Assembly (NCBI RefSeq): GCF_000179635.2
Contig: NC_014825.1
Span: forward strand, 1-32,000
Source of the DNA: Ruminococcus albus 7 = DSM 20455
GTDB taxonomy: Bacteria > Bacillota > Clostridia > Oscillospirales > Ruminococcaceae
Direction: 5' to 3'
DNA: 32,000 nt
Shown here: one piece after another, positions 1 through 7,421 of the stretch
Layout of the letters: each line of letters opens with the position of its first letter
How positions within the stretch are numbered: position 1 is the first letter of the stretch
The notes under the pieces: model-generated
The model's database searches: none
Seen by the model: only the letters and a program-made list of their open reading frames with translations
What the model was told of the DNA's origin: nothing
Position numbers and translations under genes: made by a program

Positions 1-32
1 AAAGCCCACCCCGTAACTCACCTTCACGACAG

Positions 33-61
33 TTGACACATAAACCGAAATGTGCTATAAT
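33..61 (+). promoter_or_regulatory. sigma-A type promoter for gltX
   Basis: TTGACA (33-38), 17-nt spacer, extended -10 TGcTATAAT (53-61). Lies about 70 nt upstream of the gltX ATG. Confidence 0.6.
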
Positions 62-130
62 ATTAAAGTATATTTTCCCCGCTATGTCTGCTTGTGCAGA
101 TAACGGGTATTTCTGTAAAGGACTGATAAC

Positions 131-1789
131 ATGGATAATTTAGCTTTAGCTGATCTGCTGTTTCCAAACGTTTCCGAAACTATGGAAGATATGGAAGCAA
201 AATTCCCGAAAAGAGACCTTCCCGACGGCGCCTGCGTCACAAGGATAGGTCCCTCCCCCACAGGTTTCGTTCACCTGGGCAATCTCTATAATGCTATTAT
301 AGCCGAAAGGATCGCACACCAGTCGGGTGGTGTTTTCTATCTCAGGATAGAGGATACCGACAACAAGCGTGAAGTAGAAGGCGCAGTTGAAACACTTATA
401 AACGCTATGGAGTACTTCGGTGTTCACTTTGATGAGGGCGCCACCGCAGAGGGCGACAACGGAGCATACGGTCCCTACCGACAGCGTCAGCGTGCGGGTA
501 TATACCATGTTTTTGCAAAAAAACTCGTAAGCGAGGGCAAGGCTTACCCCTGCTTCCTTACTGAAGACGAGATACAGGCTATCCGTGATGAGCAGATGGC
601 TAACAAGGAAGACCCCGGCATCTACGGCAAGTACGCCGAAAAGAGCAGAAGTCTGACAATTGATGAGATCAAAGCAAATATCGAGGCAGGCAAGCCCTGG
701 GTGCTGAGATACAAGGGCGAAATGAACAACGAGAGGATAGTAGTTGAGGATGCTATCCGCGGCGAGATAGAGATGCCCCGCAATTTCGCAGATTTCGTAC
801 TGCTGAAGAGCGACGGCATACCAACGTATCATTTCGCACACGTAGTTGACGACCACCTGATGCGCTCCACCCACGTTATCCGCGGTGAGGAGTGGATAAG
901 CTCACTGCCCATGCACGTTGAGCTGTTCAAACAGCTGGGCTGGAAACAGCCTATCTACTGCCATACAGCTACTCTGATGAAGATAGATGTTTCCGAGGAA
1001 GACCCCGAGAAGCAGATAAAGAGAAAGCTTTCCAAGAGAAAAGACCCCGAGCTGGCACTGGCTTACTATCAGCAGGAGGGTATCTCAAACGATGTTGTAT
1101 GGGAGTTTCTGCTGACACTGCTGAATTCAAACTACGAGGAATGGCGTGCGGCTAACCCCGATGCTTCGTATATGGACTTCCCTTACAGCATAAAGAAGAT
1201 GTCAATATCAGGCGCACTTGTGGATATGGACAAGCTCCGCGATATAGCAAAGGACACTATCTCCCGCATGGATGCCGAAACAGTATACAATAACTGGCTC
1301 TCATGGTGCGAGGAGTACAACAAGGACTTTGCAGAGCTTCTGAAAAAGTACCGCGACAGAACTATCGCTGCGCTGAACGTCGGCAAGAACGGCAAAAAGC
1401 CCCGTAAGGATATCGAGACCTGGAAACAGGCTTGCGATTTCATGAGCTTCTACTATGACGAGACTTTCAAGCCCGAGGACGATATGGCTGAACAGGCTGA
1501 CGAGGAGTCACGCAAGGCATTCTTCGCAAAGTACCTCGCTGGCTACGACCACAATGATGACAGCTCCGCATGGTTCGATAAGGTAAAGGCTATCACCGAG
1601 GAACTTGGTTTTGCTGTAAAACCCAAGGATTACAAGAAAGAGCCCGAGAAGTTCAAAGGCAGTATCGTGCATATCACAAATATGCTCCGTATCGCCCTGA
1701 CAGGCAGAGCAAACGCTCCCGATATCCACGAAGTCAGCCATGTGCTGGGCGAGGATATCGTGAGGGCAAGACTCTCCAAGTGGGCATAA
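131..1789 (+). CDS. gltX: glutamate--tRNA ligase (class I aaRS)
   Basis: 552-aa ORF. HIGH-region 'PSPTGFVHLGNLYNA', 'RIEDTD' core and KMSKS-type 'KLSKRK'. AAAGGA RBS upstream of the ATG. Confidence 0.85.
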   Translation: MDNLALADLLFPNVSETMEDMEAKFPKRDLPDGACVTRIGPSPTGFVHLGNLYNAIIAERIAHQSGGVFYLRIEDTDNKREVEGAVETLINAMEYFGVHFDEGATAEGDNGAYGPYRQRQRAGIYHVFAKKLVSEGKAYPCFLTEDEIQAIRDEQMANKEDPGIYGKYAEKSRSLTIDEIKANIEAGKPWVLRYKGEMNNERIVVEDAIRGEIEMPRNFADFVLLKSDGIPTYHFAHVVDDHLMRSTHVIRGEEWISSLPMHVELFKQLGWKQPIYCHTATLMKIDVSEEDPEKQIKRKLSKRKDPELALAYYQQEGISNDVVWEFLLTLLNSNYEEWRAANPDASYMDFPYSIKKMSISGALVDMDKLRDIAKDTISRMDAETVYNNWLSWCEEYNKDFAELLKKYRDRTIAALNVGKNGKKPRKDIETWKQACDFMSFYYDETFKPEDDMAEQADEESRKAFFAKYLAGYDHNDDSSAWFDKVKAITEELGFAVKPKDYKKEPEKFKGSIVHITNMLRIALTGRANAPDIHEVSHVLGEDIVRARLSKWA

Positions 1790-1882
1790 GATAATGAACA
1801 AAACAACTGTATTTGCTCTCATCTATGTATTTCCTGCCTGTTTTCTACTATCAAACTGACTGTTAACGTTACAAGAGGAAAG

Positions 1883-2398
1883 ATGATGCTTAACAGGGCG
1901 AAAAAGTCAGGTCAGATACCGTTAAAATGCAGAAGTGCCGTGTTTAAGGGGTGGGCATATATTTTTGCGATACTTCTTGATGGATATCTTTTACAATACT
2001 TTCTGAAATATATCATGATCATGTATCCACTGCGCGATAGAGCTGACCCGAAACGCTTTACTGCTGTTATGCTCGTATTGGGTACTGATGTTTTATGCAT
2101 GGCGGTCAGCCTGATAATACATATCTTAGCGATATTCCTTGAAAAGTATGCGTACCTTACAAGTGACGGTCTTGTGTACTTTATGGGCTGCTTTAAATTT
2201 TCGGAATGCCGTTTCAACTGGGAAGCCGGTACACAGGGCATACTTTCGGATACGCTGCATGTCTACAAGAAAAACGACAGTATCCCTTTCACTGTAGTGT
2301 TCGGTGACAATAACGAAGCCGCACACAGAATAACAGATGAAATGCAGAATATCAATACTGCGGCTTTTGCAAATTATAAATATGATAATGTCCTTTAA
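1883..2398 (+). CDS. hypothetical small membrane protein (two TM helices plus a ~80-aa soluble C-terminal domain)
   Basis: 171-aa ORF with a GAGGAAAG RBS just upstream of tandem ATGs (1883/1886). Hydrophobic segments 'WAYIFAILLDGYLLQYFL' and 'FTAVMLVLGTDVLCMAVSLIIHILAIFL'. No family recognised. No terminator seen between gltX and this ORF. Confidence 0.5.
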   Translation: MMLNRAKKSGQIPLKCRSAVFKGWAYIFAILLDGYLLQYFLKYIMIMYPLRDRADPKRFTAVMLVLGTDVLCMAVSLIIHILAIFLEKYAYLTSDGLVYFMGCFKFSECRFNWEAGTQGILSDTLHVYKKNDSIPFTVVFGDNNEAAHRITDEMQNINTAAFANYKYDNVL

Positions 2399-2452
2399 TA
2401 GGCAATAGATACGTGTACAAAAATACACCCTAATAATCAACGAAAGAGATGA

Positions 2453-4468
2453 ATGAAAATGGCAAAGAATAAAGAGGGCGGAAAGCCCTTTGAGATACCG
2501 CGTCCGGAATTCCCCAAAAGAGCGGTAATTACGGGCGGTATGCCTTACGGCAACAAGGAACTCCACTTCGGACACGTTGGCGGAATGTTCGTGTTCGCAG
2601 ATACCTTTGCAAGATTCCTGCGCGACAGGATAGGCAAGGAGAATGTACTTTTCGTGGGCGGTACCGACTGCTACGGTTCCCCTATCGCTGAGGGCTGGAG
2701 AAAGAAAGTCGCTGACGGCGAGTTTGAGGGAAGCCTTACAGACTTCGTACAGCGCAACCACGACAAACAGCAGAAAACTCTCGATGACTACGGCATCTCC
2801 CCCGATATCTTCGCGGCATCGGGTCTTGGCAGAAGCAAGGAGATACACGCCGAAGTCACCGACTGGTTCATAAATTCCCTGTACAAAAAGGGTCAGCTGA
2901 ACAAGATAAGCACAATGCAGTTCTATGACGAAAAGGCAGGCTGTTTCCTCAACGGCAGACAGGTCATCGGCAAGTGCCCGATTGAAGGCTGTAACTCCGA
3001 AAAAGGCTACGCAGATGAGTGCGACCTCGGACATCAGTATATGCCAGAGAACCTCATCGACCCTGTCAGCACCCTGACAGGCGAAAAGCCCTCGATGCGC
3101 CCTGTTACCAACTGGTATTTCAAGCTGAGAGACTACGAGGAACTTCTGAAGAACTGGATAGAGATGCTGAAAAAGCGCAAGGACGTCCGCCCCGTGGTAT
3201 GCAAGACCATCGAGGAATTCCTCAAGCCCCCCGTTATCTACATCAAGCGCGAGTATGAAGAAAAGTATCTTTCACTGAAAGACCAGATGCCCGAGCACGA
3301 ATACTTTGAGGAGCCTAAAAAGCCCTCTTTCACTGTACAGTTCAAAACTCTTTCTGACTGCGACGAGGCTGTAAAGGTGCTTGTAAACAACGGCATACGC
3401 TACCGTACAGGTAAGACTCTTGTTCCTTTCAGACTTACAGGCAATATCGAGTGGGGCGTTCCCGCACCTGTTATGGATAATGTTGAGGGTCTGACCGTAT
3501 GGGTATGGCCTGAATCACTTTGGGCACCTATCTCATTCACACAGACACTTCTCGAACAGCGCGGCAGAAGCAGGGACGAGTGGAAGGACTACTGGTGCAG
3601 CAAGGAAAGCGGCGTTTACCAGTTCATCGGACAGGATAATATATACTTCTACGGTATAGCCGAGCCTGCAATGTGGATGGCACAGCAGGAGTCCGCTGAA
3701 AAGACTGCCGACCCCGCTGAGGGCGAGATGCAGATGCCTACCATCATCGCAAACCACCACATTCTTTTCCTGGATAAAAAGGCTTCAAGCTCCGGCGCTG
3801 TAAAACCGCCTATGGCTGACGATCTGCTGAATCACTATACGCCCGAACAGCTTCGTATGCACTGGCTCGGTCTGGGACTTGGTCAGAGATCGGTAAGCTT
3901 TATGCCAAAGCCATATAATCCCGATGCAAAGCCCGAGGATGCCGATCCCGTTGTTAAGGACGGTCTTCTGCTTTCAAACGTATACAACAGAATGGTACGT
4001 ACAGCGTTCTATACCACACAGAAGCATTTTAACGGCATAATGCCCTCCAACACACCAAGCGAGAATATCCTCGCAGAGGGCAAAAAGGCAGTTCTCGATT
4101 ACGAAAGACATATGTCGAAATTCGCATTCCACCAGTGCACCTACGTACTTGACAGCTACATCAGAAACGGAAGCAAGTACATGGCAAAGACCATAAAGGA
4201 AGATACTCCGGCAGAGGAACTTTCGCAGGCACTGGCAGACCTTTTCTACATGATAAAGATCGCCGCAGTGCTTCTGCATCCCATGGCACCCTTTGGTACC
4301 GAAAAGGTGCGTGAGTATCTGCAGGTCGGTGAGGAGCTTTGGAGCTGGGATAATATCTTTGAACCCCTGACATTCTTTGTCGGTGAGGGACATGAGCTGA
4401 AATTCCTGCCCCCGAGAACAGACTTCTTCACCCGTCACGAAAGCCAGTTTGAAACAGCTGAAAACTAA
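2453..4468 (+). CDS. metG: methionine--tRNA ligase-like class I aaRS
   Basis: 671-aa ORF. 'MPYGNKELHFGHVGG...ADTFARFLRDRIGKENVLFVGGTDCYGSPI' aligns with the MetRS HIGH region. Knuckle-like 'CPIEGCNSEKGYADECDLGH'. The KMSKS position reads 'KKASSS' (3776-3793). Confidence 0.75.
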   Translation: MKMAKNKEGGKPFEIPRPEFPKRAVITGGMPYGNKELHFGHVGGMFVFADTFARFLRDRIGKENVLFVGGTDCYGSPIAEGWRKKVADGEFEGSLTDFVQRNHDKQQKTLDDYGISPDIFAASGLGRSKEIHAEVTDWFINSLYKKGQLNKISTMQFYDEKAGCFLNGRQVIGKCPIEGCNSEKGYADECDLGHQYMPENLIDPVSTLTGEKPSMRPVTNWYFKLRDYEELLKNWIEMLKKRKDVRPVVCKTIEEFLKPPVIYIKREYEEKYLSLKDQMPEHEYFEEPKKPSFTVQFKTLSDCDEAVKVLVNNGIRYRTGKTLVPFRLTGNIEWGVPAPVMDNVEGLTVWVWPESLWAPISFTQTLLEQRGRSRDEWKDYWCSKESGVYQFIGQDNIYFYGIAEPAMWMAQQESAEKTADPAEGEMQMPTIIANHHILFLDKKASSSGAVKPPMADDLLNHYTPEQLRMHWLGLGLGQRSVSFMPKPYNPDAKPEDADPVVKDGLLLSNVYNRMVRTAFYTTQKHFNGIMPSNTPSENILAEGKKAVLDYERHMSKFAFHQCTYVLDSYIRNGSKYMAKTIKEDTPAEELSQALADLFYMIKIAAVLLHPMAPFGTEKVREYLQVGEELWSWDNIFEPLTFFVGEGHELKFLPPRTDFFTRHESQFETAEN

Positions 4469-4476
4469 TAAAACAC

Positions 4477-4520
4477 AAGACCCGAACTATCCGACCAAGG
4501 ACAGTTCGGGTCTTTATTTT
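4477..4520. terminator. intrinsic terminator between convergent metG and the sdpI-like gene
   Basis: Stem AGACCCGAACT...AGTTCGGGTCT (11-12 bp) followed by TTTATTTT on the + strand. A weaker U-tract follows on the - strand. Confidence 0.7.
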
Positions 4521-4544
4521 CAGTAATGACAAAGCCATTCATTA

Positions 4545-5240
4545 TCAGTTTTGTGAACTTTCTTTTTTGCGTTCATTGTCGTATACACGTTTGGCATAAA
4601 CCATCATCACAACAAGCGCCGCTGTAAGATATGCAAGCATAAGCAGTATAGCCGCCATACCGCTGACAAATGCAGTGGATATCATAGTGCACACACCCAC
4701 CAGCATCAGGCACACTCCGCCGAAGAAATTTGACTTCTGCCATGTGACATCGTTATAAAGCGTCCAGCTAAGCCGAAAACCGATCAGCCCGTTGCGGCGG
4801 GTCTTTGAAATGCTGTTTCCTATGGGAATGAAGATCAATCCAAATATAAAAGCATATATCCTCATATCATCTATCTGCATATTTGAAATACCGGCATTAC
4901 TGTCAGCGCACATTTTTACCAGCATAACGATCTGCACCACACCCATTACACCCACTATCCAGGGCATCATCTTTCGCAGTACTTTCGCATTCTGCTTTGA
5001 ACGCTGTTTGGCGGCATCATCTTCGTATGAGGCGGTATCCATTCGTATAGAAACGAATTCAAAAATTGCAGCTAAAAACAGAATAATGATCGGATAAATG
5101 AAGCAGAAATTTCTGCTGCCCCAGCTATCAGCCTCCCCTGCCGCATTATAATGGATAGGCACTTTTTCAGGAAGAAAATTAACCGCTGCCGTTGTTGCCA
5201 TCAGCGGGAACAGGGCGATCCCCCATGTCAGTTTTTTCAT
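4545..5240 (-). CDS. SdpI/YhfL-family membrane protein with an N-terminal DUF1648-like segment
   Basis: 231-aa polytopic ORF. 'VPIHYNAAGEADSWGSRN' (DUF1648-like) and 'NGLIGFRLSWTLYNDVTWQKSNFFGG' (SdpI-like). GGGAGGT RBS 7 nt upstream of the ATG at 5240. Confidence 0.7.
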   Translation of the reverse strand: MKKLTWGIALFPLMATTAAVNFLPEKVPIHYNAAGEADSWGSRNFCFIYPIIILFLAAIFEFVSIRMDTASYEDDAAKQRSKQNAKVLRKMMPWIVGVMGVVQIVMLVKMCADSNAGISNMQIDDMRIYAFIFGLIFIPIGNSISKTRRNGLIGFRLSWTLYNDVTWQKSNFFGGVCLMLVGVCTMISTAFVSGMAAILLMLAYLTAALVVMMVYAKRVYDNERKKESSQN

Positions 5241-5505
5241 TTTTTTTACCTCCCATCATCTCGAACCAAAGAATAAGTTCCTCAAAGACCGAGGTGTTCA
5301 GCTCGTAATAAACGAAGTTCTTCTCTTTTGTTTCTGTAATAAGGTCTGCATTTTTCAGCTGTTTGAAGTGGTAGGACATGGTCGCACCCGTCATATCAAA
5401 ATGTGCGCCTATATCCCCTGCGGACATCCTGCCGTCACGCAAAAGCACGAGTATCTCCCGCCGCACAGGGTCTGACAGAGCCTTAAAAGTTTCCTGAAAT
5501 CCCAT
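5179..5505 (-). CDS. ArsR-family winged-helix transcriptional regulator (SdpR-like, no metal-site residues evident)
   Basis: Start moved to the ATG at 5505 ('MGFQETFKALSDPVRREILVLL...') because an AAGGAGG RBS sits 7 nt upstream. HTH 'MSAGDIGAHFDMTGATMSYHFKQLKNADLI'. No 'CVC' or His-rich alpha5 motif. Confidence 0.8.
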   Translation of the reverse strand: MGFQETFKALSDPVRREILVLLRDGRMSAGDIGAHFDMTGATMSYHFKQLKNADLITETKEKNFVYYELNTSVFEELILWFEMMGGKKNEKTDMGDRPVPADGNNGSG

Positions 5506-6352
5506 CCGACATCCTCCTTTCAGTAGCATTAATATCCATTTTCTTGTACAGAAGCTTATAGACCGGCACCGCGAACACAAGCATTTCAACGGTAAACATT
5601 ATTTCAGTTACACCAAGACTGATGATCTTAGCATAGTATAACACAAATGAAAAATCGATCACAAAATGGATGAATACCGACAGAAAATACAAACCTATCT
5701 TACGTTCGCGTACAGCTGCAAAAACCATGACCGAAAACATGATATGCACGATCATAGCAGGGATTCGCTCATATCCCATAAGCAACGCACGACCGATATC
5801 ACTGCTCGTATACTTATCTATCTGCGCCAGCAGACTTTCTATCATGGTATCGTCAGCACCCTTAACCACACTTTCGATACCGCCTTTGTTTATCATCAAA
5901 CACATGATGCCCAGAAAAGCGATCTGAAAGCCGAGATATACAGCCTCAAATCCACCGTGACCGATACCGTAATAAAGCGCGTCCTGCTTATCATCATTCT
6001 TTTTAAGTACAGTTTTAAATGCAACTAACCTTCCTGTTTCCTCGAATATCCCTGCCGCGGCCGCAGCTATCATATAAAACAGCCATATATTCCCGTTTAC
6101 AGCCCTTGATACTGAGTTATCTGCACCGATAACAGGAGTGAGAACAATAGCTTTTAGTACAACAGCAAACAGCAGCCATACTGCCGCACCCACGATAACA
6201 GGCTTTATCTTGAATTTAACGAACTTCCTCATAACAAGAAAGATCACAACAGGTATCAATGCCATCAGCACGCCGCTTAATATTGTGAATAATATTGAAT
6301 CCTTTGGATAGCAGATCTCAGAATGATCCGCCAGCACCAGTACAGTATACAC
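5483..6352 (-). CDS. YhfC-family (CPBP-like) intramembrane protease
   Basis: 289-aa polytopic ORF with 'FEETGR', 'GIGHGGFEA' and 'FIHFVIDF' motifs typical of the YhfC/CPBP glutamic-type intramembrane protease superfamily. GTG start with a GGGAGG RBS. Overlaps the arsR-like start by 23 nt. Confidence 0.7.
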   Translation of the reverse strand: MYTVLVLADHSEICYPKDSILFTILSGVLMALIPVVIFLVMRKFVKFKIKPVIVGAAVWLLFAVVLKAIVLTPVIGADNSVSRAVNGNIWLFYMIAAAAAGIFEETGRLVAFKTVLKKNDDKQDALYYGIGHGGFEAVYLGFQIAFLGIMCLMINKGGIESVVKGADDTMIESLLAQIDKYTSSDIGRALLMGYERIPAMIVHIMFSVMVFAAVRERKIGLYFLSVFIHFVIDFSFVLYYAKIISLGVTEIMFTVEMLVFAVPVYKLLYKKMDINATERRMSDGISGNF

Positions 6353-6419
6353 AATAGTTACCTCCCCCCGACCGAAGTTTTGTTCTAATGATCGTCTATA
6401 TGATTTGAGATCTATCTAA

Positions 6420-6437
6420 TTAGAATTTTCTCTAAAT
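6420..6437. promoter_or_regulatory. operator-like repeat copy 1 (TTAGAATTTTCTCTAAAT)
   Basis: 18-mer differing at one position from copy 2. Imperfect dyad (TTAGA-N6-TCTAA). Sits 2 nt downstream of the -10 of the - strand promoter, so it covers the predicted TSS. Confidence 0.5.
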
Positions 6438-6439
6438 AC

Positions 6440-6468
6440 AATATAGCACAATTCAGACAGTTTGTCAA
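6440..6468 (-). promoter_or_regulatory. sigma-A type promoter of the yhfC-like/arsR/sdpI-like operon
   Basis: On the - strand: TTGACA (6463-6468), 17-nt spacer, TGcTATATT (-10 at 6440-6445). Confidence 0.6.
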
Positions 6469-6473
6469 GGGGT

Positions 6474-6493
6474 ATTTAGAATTTTTTCTAAAT
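6474..6493. promoter_or_regulatory. operator-like repeat copy 2 (perfect 8-4-8 palindrome ATTTAGAA-TTTT-TTCTAAAT)
   Basis: Perfect inverted repeat. Lies 5 nt upstream of the -35 of the - strand promoter. 56-nt centre-to-centre spacing from copy 1. Confidence 0.5.
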
Positions 6494-6550
6494 TGTGAAA
6501 ATACATATCTGCAAAGAGATAACGGCGTATTATTGCAAAGGTGTCAAAAC

Positions 6551-6565
6551 ATGAACATTGTTCAT
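6551..6565. promoter_or_regulatory. perfect 7-1-7 palindrome ATGAACA-T-TGTTCAT upstream of the ZIP transporter gene (candidate repressor operator)
   Basis: Perfect 15-bp dyad 36 nt upstream of the ATG at 6601, abutting a possible -10 (TAGTAT, 6565-6570). 7-1-7 is the architecture of Fur/Zur/PerR boxes. TGAACA half-sites also recur in ArsR/SmtB operators. Confidence 0.4.
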
Positions 6566-6600
6566 AGTATAGCATAACATCAAAGGAGAAGGAGCATACT

Positions 6601-7371
6601 ATGACAGGTTTGATATGGGCAGCCTGCGGAACAGGCTTTACATTTTTTATGACCGCACTCGGTGCAGGGCTGGTGATATTCATGCACAGTGACGATTTTT
6701 CAGATAAGGTCAGGAAGGCATTTTTAGGATTTGCGGCAGGTGTGATGATCGCGGCTTCTGTATGGAGCCTGCTTATACCTGCCATAGAGGAATCGGAAAG
6801 TTCAGGCAGATGCAGCTGGCTGCCTGCTGTCGGCGGTTTTGCTTTTGGAGTGGTTTTTCTTATGTCTATGGATATTATTCTGCCCTTGATATCAGAAAAA
6901 GCAGCAACAGCAAAACACGGTCATACAGCTATGCTGGTATTAGCCATAACTCTCCACAACATACCCGAAGGTATGGCTGTGGGGATCGCTTTTGCGGCAG
7001 CCGCCCAAAGCACAGACACGGCACTTTTCGGTGCAGCAGCGGCGCTTGCGGTGGGTATGGGCATACAGAATTTTCCCGAAGGTGCTGCGATAGCAATCCC
7101 CCTGCGCCAGAATGGTATGAGCAGGATGAAAGCCTTTATATGCGGTGCAGCATCCGGTATAGTTGAACCTGTTTTCGGTATACTTACAGTATTCGCGGTA
7201 AACTCGGCACAGCTGATACAGCCATGGTTATTGTCCTTTGCTGCAGGTGCGATGATTTATGTTGCAGCTGATGAACTTATACCTGCGGCACATACAGATG
7301 ACACCCGAACAGGGACCCTTAGCATCGTGGTCGGATTTCTGCTTATGATGGCTCTTGATACCGCACTGTAA
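6601..7371 (+). CDS. zupT: ZIP-family divalent metal (zinc) transporter
   Basis: 256-aa polytopic ORF with the paired signature motifs 'HNIPEGMAVG' and 'QNFPEGAAIA'. AAAGGAGAAGGAG RBS. Confidence 0.85.
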   Translation: MTGLIWAACGTGFTFFMTALGAGLVIFMHSDDFSDKVRKAFLGFAAGVMIAASVWSLLIPAIEESESSGRCSWLPAVGGFAFGVVFLMSMDIILPLISEKAATAKHGHTAMLVLAITLHNIPEGMAVGIAFAAAAQSTDTALFGAAAALAVGMGIQNFPEGAAIAIPLRQNGMSRMKAFICGAASGIVEPVFGILTVFAVNSAQLIQPWLLSFAAGAMIYVAADELIPAAHTDDTRTGTLSIVVGFLLMMALDTAL

Positions 7372-7382
7372 AAAAGACATAG

Positions 7383-7406
7383 AAAAAGCGGGGATGAACT
7401 CCCCGC
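7383..7406 (-). terminator. intrinsic terminator of the GH3 gene
   Basis: The - strand reads GCGGGGA-GTTCA-TCCCCGC followed by TTTTT. There is no U-tract on the + side. Confidence 0.65.
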
Positions 7407-7421
7407 TGTAATTATATCTGT

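Noticed and set aside
1-130. T-box leaders upstream of the aaRS genes (gltX, metG) and of leuC.
   Set aside because: Leaders are only about 40-70 nt, whereas a T-box needs more than 180 nt. No AGAGA/GNUGGNA specifier-domain or UGGUACCGCG T-box sequence was found.
146-874. 242-aa ORF antisense to gltX. Similar long antisense ORFs: 2126..3034, 7749..8432, 9270..9983, 10837..11370, 13507..14013, 18927..19388, 20940..21341, 22910..23311 and 27450..27912.
   Set aside because: All lie fully inside strongly supported genes on the opposite strand. They have no RBS and have skewed, low-complexity or Cys/Ser/Leu-rich compositions typical of shadow frames.
5506-5589. N-terminal extensions of ORF-track models: 5179..5589, 10755..12311, 16959..17396, 24429..25439, 26063..26476 and 30043..30654.
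   Set aside because: In each case an internal ATG is preceded by a good Shine-Dalgarno sequence. The upstream extension overlaps a neighbouring gene, a promoter or a terminator hairpin, and the extension residues have no family-typical sequence.
6491-6500. Rex-box half-site TTGTGAA.
   Set aside because: Only one half-site is present. No TTCACAA partner lies at the required spacing.
6553-6563. LexA (SOS) box reading of GAACATTGTTC.
   Set aside because: Firmicute LexA boxes are GAAC-N4-GTTC. Here the spacer is 3 nt, and the downstream gene is a metal transporter rather than an SOS gene.
7389-7405. Identical 17-mer CGGGGATGAACTCCCCG at 7389-7405 and, inverted, at 30015-30031. This raised the question of a dispersed repeat (REP/MITE-like).
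   Set aside because: Both are simple terminator hairpins. The 6-bp stem is self-complementary, so only about 11 nt are independent. No extended flanking similarity exists. Two copies are insufficient to call a repeat family.
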